NCBI GenBank assembly: GCA_043228905.1
Contig: JBHGNT010000002.1
Coordinates: 14,074,001-14,138,000, forward strand
Direction of reading: 5' to 3'
Origin: Azolla caroliniana
Lineage: Eukaryota > Plantae > Polypodiophyta
Length of the DNA stretch: 64,000 nucleotides
Of the stretch, positions 45,518 through 55,794 are shown piece by piece (within the stretch, counting starts at the first letter, position 1; each line of letters starts with the position of its first letter). Position numbers and translations under genes: made by a program. The notes under the pieces are model-generated. The model was not told where the DNA came from. It saw nothing but the letters and a program-made list of their open reading frames with translations, and did not search any database.

Positions 45518-46975
45518 GCATTAAGGGAAAGAGAAAGGGAGCAGCGGAAAGCGGTGGAGGACGACAGACGAAAAATGGAAGAAGGCCTCCGGAAAGGTCG
45601 AGCCGCTAATGACCGACTGCAAGAAGAAAAAGAGAAGCTGCAAAAGGAGAAGGACCGACTACGTCGACATGCCGAGCAAGAGATAGAACGACTGCAGGAA
45701 GAACTCCGACAACAGAAGGACCGGGACGATCGGTTAAGAGCTCAGGCAACCCGACGCTTGAAGCAGAAGACGGAGGACTTCGATCGTCTCTACCGAGATC
45801 ACAAGCAGGCCGAGTCGGACAACAAAAAACGAGCAGCAGACTACGACCGGCAAATAGAGAAGCTGAAAGAGCAGCTCAAAGAGACCCGATTAGACCTGGC
45901 TAAGGCGATGGATGAGGTCAGTGCCAACAAGGAAGCATTGTCGGCGGAAATAGCCCAAGCAACGGAGAGAAGGAAGGAATTAGAGGCGCTAAGGCGGGAA
46001 AAGCTGGACCTGACCAAGATCAGGAATGAAGAAAAGGAAAAATCGACCTTCACGATCAGCAAATTGCAGAGTACCTATGAAAAGCAGAAAGCAGATTACG
46101 AGGCCCAGGCTCAGATAATGGCCGACATTATAAAACGGGCAAGGAAGGAAAAGCAGGAAGCTTATGCGCATGCTAAGGCAGGGGTTGACCGGATTAAGCT
46201 CATCATGTCAGGATGGAGTACCCGAGCTCAGGCAAGCATCAACGAAAGTACGGATAAGCTCTGGAAGGAGTGGTCACAACAGGCAGCCGAGCTGCAGACA
46301 CTCCGAGCGGATGCCGAGAATCGGAAGAAGACCGGTGACAGGTTCTACAAGATGGATGAAGAAAGTATCGTTGCCATTCGGGAAGAATTGTCGGAGGATT
46401 TCTACACTTTAGCAGAAGAACACCTCAAAGAAATCCGAGGGTTGGTAGAGAGGTTGGATGACGGGCAGCTCGCAACTCAGTTGGAGTTGGAGAGATACGA
46501 GCAGGACCGGTTACGACAGGAAGCTAAGGGAAGAACGACGCCAACCACTATTGGTGAGGGAACGCGACCGGCTGAAGATGAACCAACCGACACCGAACAA
46601 CCCCGACGAGGAATACCCGAAGACGAACTTGAAGAAGAGCAGGAGCAGACCGATGTCGGAGAAGAAGAAGAGCTGAGACCGGAAGACACCAGAGCAAAGG
46701 AAGGAGGCATATCGAGTCGACCAGTCGAGACCGGAGAAAGCGACACTGGTAACAGAACAGAGCCAGGAACGGAGGGAGAACAGGAAGAACCCGGACGAAG
46801 AGGTGAGGAAGCACCGGCACCACAAAATCAAGCAGAGCCGCAGCAACAAATTTTTACAGAACAGCCCACCCAACCGGAGGTCGGAGACCAGGCAGGCAAG
46901 GAACAGGAACAGGAGGAAGAAGCACCACTTGACACCATCGAGCAGAGTGTGCTCGATATTTTGGAGGAAGACTGA
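45518..46975 (+). CDS. Extra ORF of F, C-terminal coiled-coil and acidic tail
   Basis: E/K/R/Q/L-rich heptad-like stretch then an acidic tail; in frame with 37735-39363. Confidence 0.8.
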   Translation, partial: ALREREREQRKAVEDDRRKMEEGLRKGRAANDRLQEEKEKLQKEKDRLRRHAEQEIERLQEELRQQKDRDDRLRAQATRRLKQKTEDFDRLYRDHKQAESDNKKRAADYDRQIEKLKEQLKETRLDLAKAMDEVSANKEALSAEIAQATERRKELEALRREKLDLTKIRNEEKEKSTFTISKLQSTYEKQKADYEAQAQIMADIIKRARKEKQEAYAHAKAGVDRIKLIMSGWSTRAQASINESTDKLWKEWSQQAAELQTLRADAENRKKTGDRFYKMDEESIVAIREELSEDFYTLAEEHLKEIRGLVERLDDGQLATQLELERYEQDRLRQEAKGRTTPTTIGEGTRPAEDEPTDTEQPRRGIPEDELEEEQEQTDVGEEEELRPEDTRAKEGGISSRPVETGESDTGNRTEPGTEGEQEEPGRRGEEAPAPQNQAEPQQQIFTEQPTQPEVGDQAGKEQEQEEEAPLDTIEQSVLDILEED

Positions 46976-47415
46976 GGCCGGGAGTGGATTCAAAGTGCAA
47001 GGCACTTTCCCACGGGCGTGCCATGTGTTGGCCGGTCAGAAGAGCAAGGACAAGTGGGAAGGCGGAATCAGATCGGATAATAGGAAGTAAATAATAGTAG
47101 AATTATTATTCGGAGGGACGGATTCGGTACAGTTGTACCGATCCGGATCCGAACCGATTCGGATGTCGGTTGCCTAAGCGCACCGATTGTAACCTTGCCG
47201 GATGCCTATAAAAGGATCCGATGATTTGTAAAGTGTTTTGACGGAAGTAATACAATAGTGATTATTGCGTATTTATCTGTATCTCGTATTGTTTGCCGTC
47301 CGTGCTTAATTGTAATCATCTTATGTGTGTAACCTAGCATCCAATCCTTACCACCCCTTTGGAGAAGTGTCGGATAGACACCTGTGTTGAGGCTAGTCCG
47401 GCCAGACAGACAACA

Positions 47416-47975
47416 ACGCGCCTCCTCATCTAGCAAGCTCGACTTTACTCTTGCTAGGGATAACCGTTTTCCTTCCGGCCCGGCGTTGCCCAAAGTGACA
47501 ACCAACGTCTCCCAGCTATCCGGGAGGGAACCGAGCAGGAGTAGCACTAGTACCTCGTCGGCAAGAGGTACTTCCAATGACGTTGCCTGGTGTATCAGCC
47601 CCTGGAAGGCATTCATGTGCTCCGCCATGCTGGAGTCATCTTGGTACCGGAGTCTTACTAGCTTCCGGAATACGGACACCTGATTGACAGCATTTTTGTT
47701 CTGGAACATTATGCCGATCTTCTCCCAGAGCTCATGAGCCTTGCTCTCTTCATTGAAGTTGTTGTATAGGCTCATGTCGATGAAGCACCGTATGTACGCT
47801 GTTGTCTTCATGTGCATCACCTCCCATATCGCGGCGTCGATTTTGTCTGGTCTCTTGTCCCCGAACTAAACCGGCAGCCAGAGGTCTTTAACCACGAGCA
47901 TGTCCCTCACCTTCGACTTCCACACTGAATAGTTGGAGCCGGTGAGCTTGAACATGCCGCCAAACGATTCGTCCA
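47416..47975 (-). pseudogene. gag: Copia E gag N-terminal (capsid) region
   Basis: KLTGSNYSVWK, LLLGSLPDSWE; one stop. Confidence 0.88.
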
Positions 47976-50900
47976 TTTTCTTTGTCGATTTCGCTTTGAT
48001 ACCACTTGACGAGAACCCAACGTTCCTTATGCGCAACGCTCGGCCACAACCGAGATTATTTTCATACACAGAAAAAATGGGAAATAGAACACGACACAAA
48101 GAGGAAGACAAATACACACACTACACAGGAGGTTTACGTGGAAAAACCCAAAGAGGGAAAAACCACGGCAGCCCACAGGCTGCAAACTATCACTATGTAA
48201 GAATGTACAAAGTAGTGAGTTCACAAAGGCAACGACCTCGTCCTCACGATCTTCGCCACAGGCGGCGGTTACAACAGAGGCAACGACCTCTTTCTCTACG
48301 TGCTCTCTCTCTTCTTCTTGCACCAACAAGGAAGAATGACAACTACAACTAAAAGTTTGCCCTAAGTCATATTTATACTAATATGACTTTTTGGCTATTT
48401 ACAAATATAGCCACAATGGGCTCTCAGAAACATATTTACGAATATGTCTCTTCCTCCGGTTCATACCGGGTCTGCACTATCCGGCTCTCCGCAGCCGGGT
48501 ACTCCTCATCCGGTTCATACCGGGTCTGCACCATCCGGCTCTCCGTAGCCGGGTACTCCTCATCCGGTTCATACCGGGTCTACACCATCCGGCTCTCCGT
48601 AGCCGGGTACGCCTCATCTGGTTCATACCAGGCCTGCACCATCCGGCTCTCCGTAGCCGGGTACTCCTCATCCGGTTCATACCGGGCCTGTTCTTCTTCC
48701 TTCCCATCCGGAGGGACCTGTCTCACAACACGGAAGGGTGATGAGGAAGACAAGGTAAATGAACGAAGGGATTCCTTCACACTGGTTCCAGAGACTTCGG
48801 TAGTCGAGACCGTGTGTCGACATAAGACCGAAGATAAAGGAGGTGGCAGAGAGGAGACAATATGGATCGAGGCGAGCATACACGGAGGGAAGGATATGGC
48901 CGACGAGGAGGCCAAGGATGAAGCCGCGGTTGAGTTCGATGGAGAGGTAGCATGCGGGAAGGAAGGAAGAGTCGAGAACCGGTTGAACCGGAAGACGATC
49001 CGGCCGGGATTCCGGCCCGAATGAAGGAAGATCCACATGGGAGATGATTGACTGGGGCCGACCCGGCCGAAACTTGATTCGGAGGAAATCGATTGGATGA
49101 TCCCTATCCAAAAGGGGGACGACCTGGCCAGAATCAATCGGTCGAGCCCATGTCGGCGAAATGCGAATGCAGACGAAGGCCAACTGAGCCAAGAAGCGAT
49201 CGGCGAAGACTGATACGGACAAGGGAAAACCTGGCATAATCGGAGATCGACACGAATGATCCACAACACCTAGTTGAAGACGGTGAGTGTGAGGACTTGC
49301 CAGGAGTCCAATCGAAGGACACGCGCGGTGGACGAAGGAAGAGCAATCGGATCGACGACATCGTTTGATAGATCTACTACAACCGATCGGGGAAGAAAGT
49401 GTGAGCACCGGATATGGTGGATCGGGTGGCTACGGTGGTTCGGTTGGAAAGATTGCGCATACTCGAAGTGGAAGGCAAAGTCAGACGAGGTCGATGAGTG
49501 TGCAGAGGAACTCGGTTGATCACCGTTGCCAAAGATCTCACCTCTTCACCTTTCTTGGCACATACCGGAGGATGTGCGGGTGGATGTCGTGACGATTTTC
49601 GGCTACGGTGTGAAACCGAGTGAGACTAATAAACCAAGGATGTGCAAACATTGCACATGCACTTAACAAATAAACCTAAGGCCTAGTGGCAATTGAATTC
49701 ATACACAGGGTGCAAGCAAGGTTTGAACCTTGTACCTCTAAGATACAAGATAATTGCCTTACCACTAGGACAACTATAGATTTTTTGTATTTACTTTTCA
49801 TATATGAATTATAGATGAAACAACCATTAGAAAACCATGTTCACAAAACCATGGTTCTAAACCCATGGTTTGTGCATGACATAAGCAAAAACCGTGTGCA
49901 CAAAACCATGGTTTTAGTCCATAGTTTTGTGCATGTCACAAGCATGGAAAGACCTATAAAAGCCTCTAGCTGGGCTTGTGTAAGGGGGGCTCAATATGTG
50001 ATATCACCAACACCACTATCATCAATATAATTATATTTGTCTTTATCTTCTTCATATTTTTCTACTTCTCAAGTGTACAATCTTTCTTCTTCTCAAGTAA
50101 ACCAATTTCATCTAATCTTACATTGATCTTCATCTCTTCGATAATTCTGCAAACATCCTCCCCATTCCAAGACCCCGGTGGTCGCTTGAGTAGCACACGC
50201 ACGTGCGAATCTTCGCGAAACGTTGTCCATGTGAGCCATGAGGATCCGAAGGATGTGATCAAAATATGTATCAAAGACACTAGTGTGAAGATTGTCAACT
50301 CTAACATGAGATTGTACCATGAAAGTGGACAAAGTGAGAAACATAGAGCATGGTCGCGTAAGAATCTCGAAGTAGACATGCACTTAAAGGTACTACATGG
50401 GGTATTCAATGCCATTATTCAAATAAAGACTTGTGGAGGAAGATAGAAAACAAAAATGCATGATCGGTCAAAGTTCCTTGAGCAAGGAGATGATTGAGAC
50501 AAAGGTGGAACATTCATGAGACCTAAATTGTTATCCTCAAGAAGAGAACAAGGGACAATGACAACTATTTTTATCATTGTACTTTTCATATGTAAAATCT
50601 CATACATGAGAGCTTGGATGAGTGACATGGCAAACATGCATCGCATGCATTTCATGTGTTACATGCATGTCTTGCACTCTCCCATGCATTATATGCATGG
50701 GGGGATCTATAAAAGAATGGAGGTCAAGCAAGATGGGACAAATGAAGAAATTGGGGAAGAAATTAATAAATAAATAAAAAAACAAGTCATCCTAATGGTG
50801 ATGTATCTTGTCTCTCAAATTCTAAAGTCAAGGGTTGAATCTCTCTCTCTCTCTCTCTCTCCACATCAATCTCTCTCAATCAATCTTAAATCCTTTCTCG

Positions 50901-50987
50901 CTATCTTAAAAACTTCGAATCCTTTTGGTCCAAGACTCCGGTGGTTCCACCTCACGATCTGCACGTAGTGACAAAATTTTCACGACA

Positions 50988-52940
50988 CCGTTCAACTCTC
51001 GCCTAGAACTCCTTGAAGAACGACAATACTTGATCTTTTGACTTAGTACAAAAACCCACAACTTCCAATTGCAGTCGTCGATGAAAGTCACAAAGTACTG
51101 TCCGCCTCGATGCGATGGAGCATCTACATAACACACATACGTGTGTACTAGTTCCAATGCAACTTCTCTTCTTCTTGGTGGTCTTGAATGGAATGATGGT
51201 CTATTCTGCAGGGGCACTCCCTTTACCTCTAGTAGAAGTTTCTGGTCGGCTAACAGATGCAAACCCTTCTCACTCATGTGACCTAGCTTGTTATGCCATA
51301 TCTGTCCTACCGAGTCGGCTGCCACATTCACTTCCGACTTGCATAATCAGGCTTGCAACATATACAATGTGCCTTCTTTTTGTGCTCGGGCCACTATAAG
51401 ATTTCCTCGACAGAACTTCCATTTCCTTTTTCGGAAGGTACCACTATAGCCTTCGTCGTCCAATCTTCTAGTCGATATCAGATTCAATCTGATATCAGGG
51501 ACATGTCGAAAATCCTTCAGAGTCAGTCGACACCCTGTCGATGTCGTCAAACAAACACTTCCAACTTCCGCTATCTTGCACTCCCCACTGTCACCCATAA
51601 CCATGATCACCGATAATGTAAGTCGAGAAATACTCTCTCGATGGAGTTATGTGGAAGGATGCACCGGAATCGATCACCCAAGTGCATTCTTTGCTTGCAA
51701 GATTTGCACTTATCTATTAACAAATGAACAAAAGTTCTTCATTGCTCGTTGCAATGGCTGAAGTGTTCTTTTCTTCAAGAATCTTCATGGGTTCGACATT
51801 ATTACTGACACTCTTTTGTTTCTTGAGATGTCGGCAGTCCTTCTGGAAGTGTCAAGGCTTTCCTCAATAAAAGCACACGAGTTTACCTTTGGACTTGGAT
51901 CTGACGTGGTATTTGTGCCTCCTTGATGGACTCTTTTGCCGGCTACTTCCTCTGCCGGTGTGTTGAGTCAAGTTTGACTCCGACTAGACCACACCACCCG
52001 TCTCCTTCCTTCTAGTCTCCTCATTCAAGATACTTGTCTTTACCACTTGTAGAAACGAGTTCTCTTCTTGACACAAGGTGCTGAGAGTCACCACTAGATT
52101 CTCCCTGCTGTCTAGTAGGGTGGACAATAGTAGGATGTCCTACATTGCATCTTCAAGGGGAAACTTGGTTGCAGCAAGTTGATTTACATACCCCATGAAT
52201 GTGCTGATGTGTTCGACGATGCTCTCACTGTCTTTATATTTCAGTCGTACAATCTTTCTCATCAGTGAAATTTTATTACGGGCGTTCTTCCTCACGTATA
52301 GCCCCAACAGCTTCTACCACATCTCGTAGGCATTTGTGTCATTCACCACATGCTGAAGGACACTCACATCGATGCATTGTCTGATGGTGGCCACTTCCTT
52401 TCAGTTCAGAAGTTTCCAATCAGACTCTAATACCCCCTTGGGTATATCTGCTTTGTCGACGGGCTCGCATAGGTCTTCTAGTATGAGATCTTTTATTTTG
52501 AACTTCTAGTCTGTATAATTCTGTGAGTTCAGAACTACTATACCTGGGAAGGTGCTCACACCTCCTTCCATGCTTGAACCTCGGCTCAGATACCAGTTTA
52601 TTGGGAAATGAATCGTCAATCCACAAGAAAAGGAATACACTCAAATACACAACTCTGAAACACAAAAAACAATATACACAGATTAAATGTGGAAACCCTA
52701 AAATAGGAGAAAACCACGGAGAATGGAGCTTCACTATATAGTGGATATACAATGATGAGATCAGAGTCCAACATTCTTTGCACAGAATATAAACAGCCTC
52801 GCAAGGCTCTTGGCATATGCTATTTCTCAACACAGCTATGGCGCTTGTCTCTCTCTCTCTCCTCACATTCATGCTCTTCACTATTTTACTTATACCCTAT
52901 ATGGGCTATTTACAAATGTAGCCACTGCTACTATGATTTC
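50988..52940 (-). mobile_element. Copia J 5' part: degenerate gag-PR-IN, PBS 52584-52595, 5' LTR 52599-52940
   Basis: YFVTFIDD, WHNKLGHMS, RLNLIS motifs; PBS TGGTATCTGAGC. Confidence 0.88.
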
Positions 52941-55794
52941 TGTAAGGAACTAGTGTGGAAGTATTGCTCGACCACAACTGAGTCTCAAATCACTCTATGA
53001 AGGACCAAACACAGAAATGGGAAATAGGTATGATGAATGCACGCACAGAAAAAAACCATAGAGAATACAGGATGTTTACGTGGAAAACTCTAATCGGGAA
53101 AAATCACGGGAGCCCACGGACTTTGAACTATCACTATATCAGAAGAAATACAAAGTGGAAACATAGAGACAATGACCTCGTGCTCGTGATCTTCGCCAGA
53201 CGGCGGTTACAACAGAGAGTGCTCTTAGCAACTCTCTCTCTCTGTATCTCTGTACAACAATAATAACAACAACACACTCTAAATCACACTAAAGTGATTG
53301 CCCTAAGTCATAGTTATGCTTATATGATTTTAGGACTATTTACAAATATAGCCTCAATGGGCTCACCATGAAACATATTTACACATATGTCGGTGGATCT
53401 AGTTTGCACCGGATCTATCCAGATTCACTCGATCTGGTTTTCGGGTCTCATTCGGAACCCTTCCGTATCCGGTTCCTTCATCCAGCTCGTCCGGTTCTCA
53501 TTCGGATCCCATCCGGAGGGACCAAATTCCCAAAAAACTCCCCCTTCACTCCAACATGGGATTTCTCGTTAATCCGATCCATCTTCCGCACGCGTCCAGC
53601 TTGTCGGGTGAAAGCACATTGGTCAGCATATCCGATCCATTCTCCTTTGTGTGGATGTGTTTCGTCAGGGAATGGTAGGCCGCATTCTTCGCAAGGTGGA
53701 TGGCACTTTGACTGTCACAATAGAGCTGTTATTCCTCGTGTCAGATCCCTAGTTCTTCGATGAAGTCCTTCATCCTGATTATCTCCTTGTCGGCTTTCAC
53801 AACTGCCATGTACTCCACTTCCGTTGTCGAAAGTGCAACGAAGTTCTGCAGGCTCGACTGTCATGATATGGTCCTCCGTGCATAAGTCATGACATATTGG
53901 GATGTAGATCGGCTGGTATCCGCATCAGCCTACATATCCGAATCTGTGAATCTGTCAAGTTGGGGTTTACCTAAGCCGAATCGGAGGCACATACTCGAGG
54001 TGCCTTTCAAGTACTAGAGTATCCATAGGACCGCGTTCCAGTGCTCTTTTTTCCAGGATTGCTCATGAACTGACTGACTACTCCGATAACATATGCAATA
54101 TCCGGCCGGGTGCACACCATTGCATACATTAGGCTTCCGACGGCAGAGGCATATCATATCTTCGTCATATCTGACTTCTCTGCCTTTGTCTTCGGGCTTT
54201 GCCTTCCGGACAACTTGCAATTTTCCGGAAGTGTGATCCGACTTGCGACATGTTGAACCTTTGAAGCACCTTTGTCACGTACTTCTCATATGATAACCAT
54301 AACTACTTCTTCGACTGGTCCCAGATGATGTGCTTTCCCAAAATCTGTCTTGCCGGACCCAAATCTTTCATTGGGAAGGTCCGGTTCAGAGCCTCCTTCA
54401 GCATTCTGATTTTGGTTCTGTCCGGTTCGACGATCAACATGTCATCCACGTACAGAGGGAGTATCAGGAAATCGCCTGCATCAAATTTCTTCACAAAAAC
54501 GCAATGGTCAACTTGCGTCTTGTGGTACCCTTGGTAGGTCATGAAGGAGTCAGGTCATGAAGGAGTCGAACTTCCAATACCATTGCTGGGAAGCTTGCTT
54601 CAATCTGTATAAGCTCTTCTTCAGCCGACACACCAGGTGCTCCTTCCCTTTCTTCTGAAATCCTTCTGGTTGAGATCATCATGTAGGAATGCCGTCTTGA
54701 CGTCCAGTTGCTCTACCTCAAGGTCCATGATTGCCGCCATACTTACCGTCTGGATGGATATCATCTTTAGTACCGGGGTAAAGATCTCATTAAAATCCAC
54801 ACCTTTCTTTTGCTGACCACGATCCAGGCCTTGTACCTCGGTGGATTTCCCACGTCTCTCGGTTTCAGCTTGTACACCCACTTGTTCCGGAGTGCCCTCT
54901 TTTCTTCGGCAACTCCGTCAGTTCATATGTTTGGTTCTCATCCAGGGAATCCATCTCGTCCTGCATGGCACTTAACCACTTGTAGGTGTGGGTGTCATTC
55001 TTTGCTTCTTTGAAGCTTTCCGACTCTCCCTCATCGATCAACAATACGTGCTCTGCATTTGGAAATCTCAGGGGGGCTCTTCTCTCTCTGAGAGGGTATC
55101 TTCGTCCTTGGTTTCTAACTATCGGTTCCTCCATTTGTTCTTCGTCCGAATCCGATTCGGGATCTTGTCCGGTTCCAGTGTCTTCTTCTTTGTCTTCGGT
55201 TGGTTCAGTTTCTTGTTCGAATCCGGCCGGTTCGTCGAGTGTCATCCAGTTATAGGCTAACATTCGTCGAGTGTCCTTGTGTCCTCAAGCCGGTTTTCAT
55301 TAAATCATCCGGAGTTCATCACCTTCTTCTCTAACTCCCAGTCGGCAATGGTCCTGTCTTCCATGAAGACTATGTCCTGACTCCGGAACAACTTCTTGTC
55401 GACCAGATCCCACATTCAGTAATCGAACACATCATCGTCGTATCCGAGAAATATGCATGGCCTGGACTTTGGATCCAACTTTGCAACATGTACATATGCG
55501 AGACACCCGAACTCCTTCATATGCCGGTCAAACACGTCTTTACCGGTCCATACCCTTTGTGGTGTGTTTCCATCCAAGGGTGTTATGGGTGATCTGTTTA
55601 TCACATACGTCGCCATTATCAACGCCTAAGCCCAAAACGTCTTGGGTAGCTTTGCACGTGCTAGCTTTCTCTAGACTCTCTCCATTATGGTCTAGTTCAT
55701 CCGTTCGGCCAGCCTATTTAACTCTAACGTCTTCGGCACGGTGAATTCGAGCTGGATTCCCTTCGACTAGCAGTACTCCTCGAACTGGCCCCGA
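52941..55794 (-). mobile_element. Degenerate Copia H, 3' half (LTR 52941-53535, RH, RT, part of IN)
   Basis: PPT plus LTR; LYVDDML; similar to E, G and 505-8330; cut by D. Confidence 0.87.

Larger units (their letters stand above)
31129..47415 (+). mobile_element. Ty3/Gypsy element F (non-chromovirus-like) with extra 3' ORF, interrupted by Copia G
   Basis: 390-bp LTRs 31129-31518 and 47026-47415, 5-bp TSD ACGCG, PBS TGGCGACCAC (probably tRNA-Arg). Confidence 0.95.
26889..48730 (-). mobile_element. Full-length Copia E, interrupted by Gypsy F
   Basis: 724-bp LTRs 26889-27612 and 48007-48730, TSD CGGAA, PBS TGGTATCAAAGC, PPT GAAGGGGGAG. Confidence 0.95.
24874..50220 (+). mobile_element. Non-autonomous Gag-only Gypsy element C, interrupted by Copia E
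   Basis: LTRs 24874-25513 and 49585-50220, PBS TGGTGAACCCAACGTG, degenerate TSD. Confidence 0.9.
18051..50987 (+). mobile_element. Non-autonomous Gag-only Gypsy element A, interrupted by B and C
   Basis: TGTCGTG..CACGACA ends, TSD CCGT (18047-18050, 50988-50991), 5' LTR 18051-~19250, truncated 3' LTR ~50566-50987; homologous to D. Confidence 0.9.

Noticed and set aside
45461-46975. Host myosin/SMC-like coiled-coil gene
   Set aside because: Lies inside F's LTRs and joins 37735-39363 in frame; the listed start comes from G's LTR
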